From NCBI GenBank assembly GCA_003971905.1, contig RSEE01000010.1, positions 620,001 to 684,000 on the forward strand: DNA of 64,000 nucleotides, in the 5' to 3' direction. The notes beneath the pieces are model-generated. The model searched no databases, was not told where the DNA came from, and saw only the letters and a program-made list of their open reading frames with translations. Below, piece after piece: positions 25,224 through 39,357 of the stretch. Position numbers and translations under genes: made by a program. The DNA comes from Moniliella sp. 'wahieum'. Taxonomy: Eukaryota. Positions within the stretch are counted from its first letter, which is position 1, and every line of letters begins with the position of its first letter.

Positions 25224-25436
25224 CCTTCGGTTTCCGTCTCGTCGTCGGCAGCTTCCACTCCCAGGTCCGCTCTCTCCAGCAACCAGCTCGCCAAGCACAC
25301 ATCAAGGTGAGTACCAGCGTCCGTCGCTCCGCCCGCTTAAGAGGGTGTGGCGCAGATTGACGGCGTCCCCGGATCCCACCCCTCCCGCGACCACTGTGCG
25401 TCCTGGACAGAGCTAACCAGGCCCTCTGGAAGCAGA

Positions 25437-25774
25437 ATGGTCCAGCGTGTCACTCTCCGCAAGCAGAACCCCTACAACACCAAGTCGAACCGCCGCACGG
25501 TGGTCAAGACCCCTGGTGGCAAGGTGGTGACCAAGCACCTCAAGAAGCTCGCTGCCAGCCCCAAGTGCGGTGACTGCCACGCCCCCCTGTCTGGCATCAA
25601 GTCGCTCCGCCCCCCGAGTTTGCGACCGTGTCCAAGCGCCAGAAGACGGTGTCGCGTGCGTACGGTGGCTCGCGCTGCGGTGCGTGCGTGCGCACCCGCA
25701 TTGTGCGTGCCTTCCTGGTGGAGGAGGCCAAGATTGTCAAGCAGGTGGTCAAGAACGCTGCCAAGGCCAAGTAA
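25437..25774 (+). CDS. RPL34: 60S ribosomal protein eL34
   Basis: [29 protein letters not shown]...PKCGDC...[40 protein letters not shown], with one frameshift at a C-run near 25612. 5'UTR intron 25307-25435. Confidence 0.97.
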
Positions 25775-26699
25775 TGGACGGGTAGCCTGCTTTTTACCTT
25801 TCCATCCTACTTTCCCTTTCGCATCCCGTTATGGAATCGCGCTGGGTGCCAGGCTGCAGCGCAGGGACACATTACTGGGATGATAGGTCGTCCTCTTGCA
25901 CCTTCGCTTGCTCTCCTGGTTGCTTCTGCACATATCTCTATGGCTTATTCCTTCTTCCCCGGACTCTCATGCAGCTCCCCGGTGCGTTTCTGGGGGGGCC
26001 TGGACGAGCTTCCCCTCAAAATGCCATTCCTAGGCGCGCCTCCCACTGCGGATGATGGTTACCATAGGGCCGACAGATTTAACTCCTAACCTTGCCCCGA
26101 GCCGTAGACATGAGTTTTGATGTGGCTAAATACGTGTTGATGGCAATATTGTGAGTCTCGCACCGTCGCTACTAATTGCATCGAGAAACAAGAAACGAGA
26201 TCGTGGTAAGAGGCAAAGAGAAGCCTGGTTATGTCGATAATCGATCATTGGTAAGGCAGGATCAACAACTAGGGAGAGTCGAGACGTTACAAGCAGGCCC
26301 ATCGGGTCCGGGGGAGAACGAAAACCCCAGATATGTGTATTGAAAAATTACAGAGGGCATCGATCAGGGAATCGGAGCAAATGGGGAAATCTGGCGCTCT
26401 TGCCATGTGGGGACAGGGATGGATCACAGCATGTAGGAAACTGGAAACTGGGTTTTCGTTAGAATAAAAAGATACCGAAAGTAGACCATCACAGAAGGGA
26501 AGGGTGTCGGTATTCAAAACGGTACAAGTACAGAAAGACTGTGGCGAGACCAGAAAACGATATGCGCGCGAGTATACGAAGCACCAAAAGGCTGCAAAAG
26601 GTGAATCGTGTAGGTCATATCAGTCTCCCATGACGGACAAAGAAGAGGAAGAAAGCGCCCCAGTTAACAAGACGGGTTGTCATATGCTTAGCATGCCTA

Positions 26700-28960
26700 C
26701 TAAAACATAGCGTAAAAGAGGGTTTGCGGTTGGCCGTTCCAACAACTTCTTGAGCCAAGGAGGAAGAGGGAGACAGACTTACTCTGCCACAACATCAGTG
26801 GAAGCAACCACAGAATCTCATGGCGCATGCTTGATGGTTTCGCCCAACGCAAGCCACATGCGTTGCACAAAGTTTTAGACCGAGGGGTCCTTTGCGCCAC
26901 TCCGGCGAATCGATAGGCCGCAATCAGCACAAACGTGATCCACACGTCTTGCTTGTTTTCTCATTATGCAACTTGGCTTCCGTCGACACCAGAGTCAAAC
27001 CCATGGCGCACGCGTTCTCTCTACCCCAAGCACCAAGGATGGGTTCAAGGGAAAGCCGCCTCTTCTCTCGGTCGTCCATCGGCATGTTTACAGACCTGTG
27101 GTGGCATTATGGGGCTGGGCAGTAGCTTCCGCCTCCGATGCTTGACGCAACACGGCCCGCAACCTCTCATTCTCCATTTTGAGTTGGAGAACGGAATCAA
27201 ACATTTTGCTGTGTGTAGGGCAGATGCGGCACGAGCAGAAGAAGAATTGCCGTTGTTGGTCTCGAACGTGATGGCATTTTCCACAGCGTCTGCATCGTGC
27301 CTATTTTGTCATCTTCCCCCGTCGAAAATGCTGAAAGCCTCGCAGCCAGCACAGCATGAAGGGGATGTTGGGAACTGATGACAGGATGCGTCCAAATCGA
27401 GCTCTGGAACTTGGTGCGCTGTGCCGTTCACTGGCTTTCCTTCATTGGGCACATTCATGTTGGCCCTGGTGATGTTAATCATTGGGTCCGGGTCCTAGAG
27501 CCCTTTGCCATTTTCTCGTCCTCCCCAGACCTCGATCTGTGGGGGTAACGGCAACTGGCATTGCATCCGTCATCAGGAGCAAAGTAAGGGTAGCAAGAAA
27601 ATTGGCAGACGACGTAATGATTGTGCCAGCATGATGATGACCTGGGTTTGCAGTAACGAACACACAAGGCTCCAGCAGCGTCTGGGTGCTGCCGAGATGG
27701 ATGCAACATTTCTTCCACCAACGCTACGTCATCGGGATGGATAAACTGAGACCGAAAGGTTAGATGAAGTACTGCGAGGCAAAACAGAATAAAGGGTGAA
27801 TAAATGAGATCGAGCTTACTTACCTCGACCAGCCTTTTGTTCTGCAACTCGGTCGTTGACCAGCCTGTTAAGGCAAAAATCCCAGGAGATGTGATCAACA
27901 TCCTTCCTCGATGGTTCAGGACATGAACCAGACTCGTGTCCTGGCCCATCCCTCGCCCGCCCTCGGACTTGGATTGGAATATCTTCGCCAATAGTCATCT
28001 GCTGATGGGATCGAGCGTCTGCAGTCATCCTCATAATAGTTCTATCGAGGTGCTGGACCGTGAAGGTTTGTAGGCGCGTCTTCCATCCTCGTTTTTAAGC
28101 TCCACTTCAGCTCGTCGTCGTTCCTATTCATAATATGCGAGATGATGTTTGTAGGCCAGAAGGAAGCATCCTGTTCCAACCTTGTCAAAGGTCATGCGGA
28201 AAGCCTGGGCGACTTACTGGACTCTCCACCGCCAAGGTTGGAGAAAATGGGAGAAAAATCTCCCTAAAAGTTGTCGAGACTGGCTGTTCATGGGAATACC
28301 TGCACCCCAGCATGGTAAGGGACTGCCCTTGCGGGGGGGGCAGGCGCTTCAGGGAGCAACAGTCACAGGAAGTGGATGGTTCGGTGTAGGAGATATGGTT
28401 CTTGTAGCTGTGGGGCGAGAAGTTGAGGTGATGACACAGCAGGTACTACCGGTAAGGCAAAGGGAAAGTAGTCCGGAGCTCGCACGCCGTCCATTGAGGA
28501 AAGTTCGGCAGTGGCTGCAACAACATCTGGTTCATGGAAGGGCTCGCCAAACGGTAGGCGGCGGCATACTGTTTTCCTCCCCCAAACAAGAAAAAGTGTC
28601 GGGAAAGTGGTACTCATCGGCCATAGGACGGGAACGCGGGGGCAGCTGACGTGCCGTGGGCCAATAATGGACTGGTTAAAATGGAGGGGCCGGGGAGACC
28701 GGTAGTAGCCCAATACGGGGCCTCCATTTCGGATCCTCTATTGGGATTCCAGGGGACGAAGAGGGGAGAGGCAGAAGATGGCATGCTGATATTGGGTGGG
28801 AGTAGCTGTAAAGAGATAGATGACATTAAAGGGGGTCCTTCAGTAGCATCCCTTGATTCCAATAGTAAGGAAGATGCACCCGTCTCGTTGGTCCCTGCGT
28901 TGGTCGGAAGAGAGGTAGAGCAGCACAGGGTAGGAGGTATGGTTGATGTTGGTGTTCATG
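26700..28960 (-). CDS. White collar 2 (WC-2)-like PAS + GATA zinc-finger transcription factor
   Basis: PAS: LVHVLNHRGRMLITSP..ALTGWSTTEL..|FIHPDD (intron 27746-27823). GATA: HVCADCG..DSPEWRKGPLG.KTLCNACGLRWAK near 26845-26940. Ends approximate. Confidence 0.8.
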
Positions 28961-30149
28961 ATTATAGTGGCGTCGGGTGCACGATAAGGCTTGTGATGAT
29001 CCGCTCTCGACAGACACAGGGCTCAAAGTGCTGTGGGACAGCGGACATGAACCTTTGGACTTTTAGAGGACCCGCAGTGGTCTCGCCCGAACGAGAAGCA
29101 GGAGGCCACGTGCCGACAAAACCTGCTGTGTTTCTTCCACTTTTCCGTGGAGGGACTGCTGAAAAGATGAGGAGAAGGGCAGGAAGGTCCAGGCAATAGT
29201 TTGTATCTGCGTATCTGCTTGGGGGGGTAGATGGTGGTCTTGTTGGGATTGCGGGCACAGTTGTGGGGGCGGCTATCAGATGTGGCGACCGCGTAAGAGA
29301 GACAATCAGGGAGCGTAGGGTGCGTTTGTTGCGCCTGCCTATATAAGCATTCTGGGGTGCGTTTGTTCGGTGTGAGGAAAACCGCGCTGTGACTCTTGCT
29401 GGCTTGGGAGTACCCAACCAAAAGTGGGCGTACATCTGCTGCCGACACAAAGGGGCATAGAGAGGCTCAGAGCTTGACGTCTAGTCCGTCGCTTAGACAG
29501 CGACGTATTGGGTCAGTATTAGCCGGTCACTACTGACTTTTCAGGCACAGGCAATAGAACGCACTCCCAGGTTGTTAGTTCTTAAAGACTTCGTACTTTT
29601 GTGATAGAGATGCGTCTGTTAATCCTACTAATAGTGCCTTGTGTATTAATGCAGCCTCCTGTGGAGAGTTATTGCAGCCGTGTGCCCGCACATGAGATGT
29701 TGGGTGTGCGGCCTAATACACAATCCCCCTCCAGCACTGCCTCTTTGCCTGCATGGATGTGCTGTATGGTACTGAACAAGCGCTTTCCTGACTGTCTGGG
29801 TGCGCGTCCTCAGACTCAAAGCCCCGCACCTATATAAGCCTTAAGGCCTAAGAGGTCTATATATAACACGCTACTATGCGTCCAAAAGCCGAAGAACCCT
29901 GTATGAGGGGCCTGAGGCCCTGACGCGCTGACGCCTGTACCCGATCATCGATCGATCATCTAGCCCTGCTCGTGACGTTGGCCAGTAATCGTGACCGGTG
30001 CTCTTTCCAGTGCTTTGGCCATCTCTCACAGCTGAATATTACCGCTGAGGTTCAGCGGCCAGGGAACATGACTAGTGGCATAGTATAGATTGACCGTAAT
30101 GGAGAAAAGGGTGATTACAGGTACCTTGGAGTCTATATTGTGTGCATTC

Positions 30150-31195
30150 CATTGACAGAGCTTAAGGCTGGGACAGGGGGAACGCTACGTCTAAACCGAA
30201 CCGTTCATCTTGCGGGGGTTGTTTGGAAGCGCCACTAAGGTCAAGGAGCCAGGGGGATTGCCAGGATATCAGGACCCTCCGGCTCTCGCCATCCGGTCCC
30301 GTACCCTAGGAAGCGCGTGTGGACACGGAGGAACGTGGTTGACATACGAGCGAGGAACCAACCATTTCCACTGAGACTTAGTAGCCAACTCCTTCCAATG
30401 CGCAAACAACTTGCCCGCCGTCTTGGTGCCGTAGTATCCTCGCGTCGTCAAAACCAGGGGAAAAACGGTTCTTGAGTGCGTCCTGGTACTTGGCGTTCTT
30501 GTCGCATTCTGCTTGTTCAAGCAGCCGAAGCAGTTCCTTTCCCGGCGTTCCAAAGGCGACGCAGTGCTCTCATGCACCACCCGCCGGTACGCGCTCTGCG
30601 CCTCCTGCGATCCCGTGTCGCGCAGCGTGTGGTCTACCTCCATTCCGGTTCCTCCCAGTGCTCCGGGCCCCATCACGCGGTAATCGGTGCGCTGTGCCTT
30701 CCGTCCGCGCCTCGTCCCATCCTCTTCCTCCACCATAGGTTCGTTGTGGACGTGGGTGTCGGGGATGGAGCGTAGGAGCTGGAGAATGGGCTCCCGCACT
30801 GCCTCATGCAACGCACCAAACTTGGCCTGGGTGCGGGTGCAGGACATGATGTGTTCCAGCGAGGACATGACGCCGCACTTGCACATGCTGCGCGTGGTGC
30901 GGCACAGCGTGCGGAGCTGGAGACCAACCTGGACCTGCTGGTCAGAGAGCTTGAGGTACGGGACGGATGGAATGGCGGAGAGCCAGTTGTGGCTCAGCGG
31001 GTTGCTGTGCTCGACCACATGGCGACCATCGGCAGCGTCCAGCTTCTGGAGCAGCTCCTGTCGACTTTGCTCCCACATCTCGCGGCAGCGCCGGCGTTGC
31101 TTCGTAAATGCGTTGGCCCTTGCCGTTTGCGGTCCCGAACGGTCAACATAAGTGGTAATAAGATCATACGTACGGAGTCGGAAGAGGTTTCCCAA
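30150..31195 (-). mobile_element. 5'-truncated CRE-like non-LTR retrotransposon (zinc knuckle + restriction-like endonuclease end, plus 3'UTR)
   Basis: NWLSAIP...LSDQQVQVGLQLR...CKCG....LEHIMSC...HEAVR...EP...RTDYRV...MEVD...FPLVLTTRG. Homologous to 47290-47620 and 63075-64000. Confidence 0.8.
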
Positions 31196-31395
31196 CGTAA
31201 CATGCAGTCACTTGTCTGGGAATACACCCCACATGTTGCTCAGTACCACCATAACAACAGCGGCGATGCCATCTATATATCTTCGTGAACAACGTGAAAC
31301 GATGACATGTGGGAACGGACGCAGCTATGACATTTTTGGGTTTTGGGGGTGGGAGGGGTGAAACGAAAGTACAACATTGAGATCGGAAAGCCCAT

Positions 31396-33129
31396 CTACT
31401 CGTCATCCTTGGCAGCAACCGCCGTCGCACGCTTACTAGTACTAGTGCCCTTCTTAGCCTTGAGGGCAGACGTGGTAGCGGTGGAGGTAACCTCGGTCGA
31501 CTTGTGGGCGTCTTGCCCTTAATGGGGGCTGACTTCTTGGATGAGCCGCCCAGCAACGAGCCAACCAGAGCCAACATTGAAAGAAGGCCAAACACGACCG
31601 AAGCCAGAGTGGCAGCGACCATAGGCTCAGTCTTGATCGCCCTACAGGGCTGACCTTGGCAACTTCGACAAAGGCAAACAATTGCGAACGGAAAGTGTCC
31701 AGGAGCCCTCGCCCTTTGCGGGCTCCACCTTGGTCTCCTTCTCCTCCACTTTGACCTCCAGTGGTGCCTTGATGTAGTAAGTTTCTTGGGCAAACTCCTT
31801 GGCATCTCCTCGGATGGGTACCAATGTAAATGTTGTCGAACAGAATGTCCTCGTCCATGGTCCACAGCTCAAAGCCAATTCCACCAATCGAGCTTAGTTT
31901 GGACGGCTCCTTGTCTTCAAAGAAGGCCGGGTTGGCAATCTTACGCGGGGCCCAGACACCCTTGTAAGCAGGGTTGTCGATGTAAGGTGCGGTCCACTTG
32001 CCCTTGTATGCTGGGTTGGCAACCAGAGGTGGCACCCATTCACCGCAGCCGTCGGCCTCCTCACACTTGGGGTTGGGTACCGTGGGTGCTGTCCACTCAC
32101 CATCCTCCTCCTCGTCCCATTCCTCGGGCTTCTCCGCTTCAGGGTCAGGAATGAGCAAGGGTTCGTCCACAAGCCATCCCTCGGGCATGGTCGCCTCTGG
32201 GTCTTGGATCTCCTGAGGAGCGTCCTCATCCCAGTCATCAGGCTTCGAGGCCTTAGGATCAGGGATGCGCGCTTCGTCAACCCAGTCGGCAGGCTTCTTG
32301 TCTTCAGGGTCTTCAATCTCCGCAGGAGGGTTGACAGGGGGGTCAAAGTCCTCAAGCAAGGAGCCAGAGCGCTTGCTTTCGCCGTTGATTTGGAGATCAA
32401 ACGTATTGTCCGGTCGGATGATTAGTGTGTAGAGAGCCGTCGTCTTGCCCAGTTTCGGAGGAGGCGTGTCAGTTAGGTGCTTCTCCTCAATCTCGCCCGT
32501 GACGGGGTTCTTGTGGCGGAAGATGAAATGAACTTTGCTGTTGCTACCGCATTTGTCGGGACCGAACATGATCGTGTACGGTGTCTTGTCGCTAAACTCT
32601 TTGTGTTTAATCCCCTCCGGCCCATCGGTGAGCAGTTTGACGTACGCGCACCACATGTCAAGCCATTCTGCAGCTTCACCTCGTATTGCACCACCAGCGG
32701 CTTACCGTCCTCCATGATCTTGGACACGTTTAGAGGCTCATCAAAATGGGCTGAGATGGCGTGCTGAGCGGCCTTAGACTTGGCCACCAAACCTTCGTCG
32801 CCAGGAATACCAGGGAACACCGTGGGCTCTTCGACTTGCCACTTGCCAATATAAGCAAACGTCTCTCCGTCCGCTTGCTCCTTGGTGGCAGCCGAGGGGG
32901 TCCAGCGAGTGGACCACCCTCGGTGAACTGTTCGACGAACGTGCCCTGGATTTCGGAGGGCTGGATGAGAGTGAGCGGGCAGCGGTCAGTATTCAGTTGC
33001 CCTGTTCTCTCCCGCACAGAGTACAAACCCGGGAACACATACCTTGAACTCAGGCACAGCATCTGCCGCAGCACCCGCGATGGACGCAGCCATGGCAGAG
33101 GCGAGCGCAACCTTGGACACGGTCTTCAT
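31396..33129 (-). CDS. CNE1: Calnexin
   Basis: Signal peptide [14 protein letters not shown], intron about 32962-33042, [34 protein letters not shown]-domain repeats IPDP.A.KP.DWDE and GEW, GFELWTM, TM helix, ends AAKDDE*. Confidence 0.96.
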
Positions 33130-34336
33130 GATGGTGGGGTGAGAGTTGAGACGAGGATGGGGCAATAGTACACGGCAGGGGCGAGGCAGGATGCTTTAAA
33201 AAGGCGGGCCATGGGATGAGCGACCCCCTGCCCCCCGTCGGAAAGTGCCAGAACCAAATATACCCGGCACGGCGCCACTGTGGTTCCCCATGCACCGATG
33301 CAGATCCTGTTCCACGTCAGCGCTCTAGCCGGCATGGGAGCAGTGCCACGTGGTCCGCCCTGCCACAAGGTAACCCCGGAAATCCAACGCCCTCCGTGTT
33401 GCCCGAATGGATCAGCATCAGGTACTACTGGCTACCCCAGGTACCCCTAGTTTGCATGGTATCCCCGGAGATCCAGCGCACATATTATAGCCGCGTTGGA
33501 TCGACGTCCTGGGCGCCCTCTGCTCTGTTGCTTACAGAGATTGCAGACCACACCAGTACAACACCCTCACCGCTTCCACCCTCGCTATTCCGTCGGTAGC
33601 TAAAGAGATGGCCTCCGCGCTCCCTTCGTCCATTCTGCAGGTCTCCTTCTGGGGCATGGCAGTGGCATGGCTCTGCCGCTCCTCTGCTGCAGGTATTGGA
33701 CGGGATATCGTGACAGGAAGCGTGGGGTAACGACTGTGTTCTTCTGGCTTTTTCGGCCTTAGGGTTAGGTAGGTGAAGCTTGAAGCTGAACAGACCAGCG
33801 GTTGAACATTCCAAGTTCCTGGAGGCAGCTGGAGGCTCTCCCTCCTGTGACAGTCACACACGTGACAGTCCACATCATGCAACTAACCCTGAGCGCCTGA
33901 CTCCAGCTGGGGTCGAAGCGCCCGATGGAGATCAACCCTACCGATGAGGCGCTGACGCCATCCACGTGGACGCGGCTGTAAGCTAGACAGAAGCTCTAGT
34001 GACTAGCTAGTGACTCCGATCAAGTCGATTAAGCTAGCTGATCAAGTGACTGCCTTGAAGCTTGAAGCTTTGAAGCTTGATGTGTGATGCGTGATCCATA
34101 ATGATTTTTTTTTTCAATTACAACCCAAACATGTGTCGTTGCAGCAGCCGAGACCTGAGGCCGGAGGCCTGATAACAGGTTGCATCGAGAACATGCTACA
34201 CGGGTAACAGCCGTGGCTGGAGTGCTCAACGCAAGCCGCAGGCTTTCGACGCGCCAACCACCTTCCAGCTGGTCCGACTTCGCCTCGAATCCCGCAGCCT
34301 CCCCACCTCCCCACAGTATCCCTCTGCGTCCCCACC

Positions 34337-35368
34337 ATGCCGATCCCCACCGTTACGTTCAAGTCCAACCCGGACCGACCTGCCCCCGTCCTCGCGTTTG
34401 GCACTGGGAGTGTGCACAAGGCGACTGACTCGGTGGCCTCGACGCTCGAGGCGCTCAAGCATTTTACCTTTCTTGATACGGCCCAAGTGTACCAGACTGA
34501 AATCCATACGGGCAAGGCCATCAAGCAGAGTGGCATCCCTCGTGAGAAACTTTGGATTCTGAGCAAGAGCTTTGAGATCAAAAAGGGGGAGGATGCGTAT
34601 CCGGCGGTGCAGACGACGTTGGATGAACTTGGGATCGATTTCCTGGATGCCTTTTTGATTCATGTCCCGCCCGCGGGCTGAACGGAGGGCTAACCAACAT
34701 GGAGGCATGGAAATTGATGGAGGCCGTCCGTAATAACGGCCATGCTCGGTACGTTGAGTCTCCTGTACCACAAAAGAACCCCATCATGACACCAAAAACT
34801 AATTTTGTCTCTCAGTCTTGGGTGTGAGCAACTTTTTGGCACAGGACTTGCTTGACATTCTGGATGACCCCACCCAGGAACATCCCATTGAAATCAATCA
34901 GATCGAATATGTGAGTGTCCCCTCCTGAACCCCGTTCTCTTTGTTGTTGGGAGTCCTGACAAGAGCTTCCGACGGTAGCATCCGCTCATTTGGAACGATC
35001 CCAAGATGGTCGAGTCGCTCAAGGTGATGAAGCAGCATGGAATCACAGCGCTGGTGTATGGTGCGCTGTCTCCTTTGGTATATAAGGATCAGATCAAGGA
35101 AGACCATCTCTCCCCCGTGGTTGAGGCAGTGGCCAAAGCTCATGGCTGGACCGAGGCCGAGACACTGATCCTCTGGGCCCGACAAAAGACCCAAGGCATC
35201 GTCATCACCACCTCGACGTTTTCCACTCCGGCTCACACGGATCGGATGAACCGGATTGTGGAACTATTCAGCTCGGGTGCATCCTTGTCAGAGCAAGAGC
35301 TTGCTCAGATTGATGAGGCGGGGGCAAAATCGGGTCCGTTGAAGACTCGTTGCCTCAAATGGTGGTAG
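34337..35368 (+). CDS. Aldo-keto reductase
   Basis: PVLAFGTG, FLDTAQVYQTE..G.AIKQSGIPREKLWILSK, LDELGIDFLDAFLIHVP, SLGVSNF, NQIEY|HP. Introns about 34750-34815 and 34911-34978. Confidence 0.92.
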
Positions 35369-35466
35369 ATCACACTGGTGCGGGAGCTTATGTATCTAGT
35401 TCTTGGGCATTGTTGGCTCAGAGAAATGATTGGATTGCACACACAGTGATGATTACTGTCGGACGC

Positions 35467-37101
<1,635 letters not shown>

Positions 37102-37519
37102 TCAAGCTTCAAGTGTACCCAACGTTCAACTCGCAGCCCGTTTGTACCGCACCACTGCCACTAGGGTTGGCTTGCCTGGCGCGCCCGATCATCGATCATC
37201 GATGCTGCATTATGTCGACCACGCATCATGCATCGACCAGCCATCCAGCGATCGATCAAGGATGCCTCGGGGCGTACTAACCAAAAGCACAGCTTTCAGC
37301 TTCAACGCCGCGGGCTCCCCAACTCCATCACATGTCACAAGAACGCATCTCGGGATCGTGGCCAACGATCCCCCGCTCCATGATGGACCGAGGCAACCTA
37401 GTCCACATAACTATGGCACCGCTGCTACGCTTGCCTGCATTTGGGAGATGAATGGAACCCGAATCCAGCGGGAGTCCATTGTTTTGTTCGCCAGTGGCTT
37501 GGTCCAGGTCATTGAAGTC

Positions 37520-37735
37520 TGTTGGGACCCGTGGTCCCGTACTTAGGCCAAGGCGCCTCATCACCCTTCACCCCTGATTTGTCCTCCGAAGCCTCCACGT
37601 GTATACTCAGGCTTGTCTGAACCCCTGTCTCTAGGTGTGGCACAAGGCTTAGACCTGAACCACCACCATCGCGATTGCATTGCTCTACATTTCCAGAGGT
37701 TCTTCACCCAATCCCTTGGGTTCCTCGGTCTTACA
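37520..37735 (+). repeat. 5' LTR (216 bp)
   Basis: TGTTGGGACCCGTGG...GGTCTTACA, direct repeat of 43178-43394. Confidence 0.98.
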
Positions 37736-37810
37736 GAGTTACAATCCTCTTGACGCTCAGCCCTGAGCCTTCCACTCTTACACTCCACTCTTCCAATCTT
37801 CCACCCACCC

Positions 37811-39357
37811 ATGTCTTGGGTCAACACCTACCTCCCCCCTGTGGGCGCAGCAGCGCCCAACGCCGACGCTGCCGCCCAACTGCTGTCGGATTACCAGCAA
37901 GTCTACAACATTACTTCGCAATGCCACTCCCACCCAGAGAGATCCGAATTCCGAATACATGGCCCAGCTCACCGTGTGCAACAACCACATGGACTCCCTC
38001 ACCAAGTTACTACTCCGCTACCGCAACGATGCCTCCGCTGCCGGCCCTATCCACAAGCGCTTGCTCGAACTGCGTAAGCTAATGGCAAGCATCATGAGCT
38101 CTCAGACTCAGGAGTCTTGGTTCAACTCCTCAACCCCTACTTCACCAACTGCCGCCGCAGAAGAGAGCACCACTCCCGTCGGAGTTGACCACGCCTCCCC
38201 GCCGCTGACACCATCGCGTGAATCTACCCCTACACCTCAACCCACCCCCGTGGGCCCCGACAACACCGCGAACGACGTCGCCACCCTCGCCGACCGCATT
38301 CGCAACATGTTCAAATTGTTTCCCGAACACATCACCCTCAAACAGCTACAGGACACTGGTATCAAGCTTGGGTACAGCGAAAAGACGACCACAGAAGCCA
38401 TTGTCATGTTATCATGTGAGAATCCACCCAATGCTAGCAAGAACGAAGGTGCCTATCGTCAACTCCGGCCGTCGACGACAACCCGTGGGCTTTGACTCCC
38501 GACAAGCTCCTCCGTAGTGCCACTCGCACCAACGTGCCGTACCACGAGCGTTTCCACAACAACAGCTCGTTTTGGTTATGGACCCGGATCTTCCTCCCTC
38601 GTATCCAGATTATCCCTGGAGCGCGTGAGCATCTGGAACAGGGCAAGGCCCTGGACGGGTATAACGCAGAACTGGACGCTCACTTGGCCAACATTCTACT
38701 CCCGTGGATAGACTCCGACGTCGTCCAGCAGATCACCGGCGATGGCACGCCGGCTCTAGGGTCTGCATACTATCATGCTCTGCGTGATTTGTACGGCACC
38801 GTTTCAGACACTGAGATCTGTGATATCCTCATAAAGGTTCTCACTCTCAAAATGGGCACCAAGTCGGGCCGCCAATACCTGAATGAGTTCACTGTGGCGG
38901 TAACCCAGTACGAGATGACGTCCAAGTCCAAGCTGGACGAGATTGGTCTAGCACAGATGCTACGGAAAGGCGTTACTGATCAGGGGTGGTTGCACCTCCA
39001 TCGTAACAGCAGCTACGCCGAATTGCGCCGAGCAGTGAGCGAACTCAAAGGCTCCAACTACGGCAGTACCTCCAGTTCAAGCCCAGCTCCCTCCAGTACG
39101 GCCCCTTCGGAACCACGTCGCACAGCCAAACAAGCAGTACGGTGACAGGCCGCGGACGAGGCCGAGGTGGCAGCGGGTACAGAGGAAGTCACCGTGGTGG
39201 CCAACGTGGCGGCCACTTTAGCCGGCCGGCTACGACAGCCCAGACCACCTCATCTGCCCATGCAGTAACCCCTATGGCAGCCACTACACCACCCGAGTCA
39301 GCCACATCGACTGAAACGGAGTCTGTCGTGTCCACAATCCCTCCTCACCCCTACTAG
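37811..39357 (+). CDS. Copia Gag (frameshifted in the assembly), ending at an in-frame TAG
   Basis: Successive ORFs 37811-38077, 37959-38495, 38492-39145 and 39142-39357. Capsid-like YHALRDLYG...LTLKMG..YLNEF and an RGG-rich tail. Confidence 0.75.

Noticed and set aside
33755..33772. CCTAACCCTAA on the minus strand as a telomerase RNA template
   Set aside because: No U-rich/A-rich pseudoknot or CR4/5-like element is visible downstream, and it lies in a divergent promoter, so a telo-box is simpler
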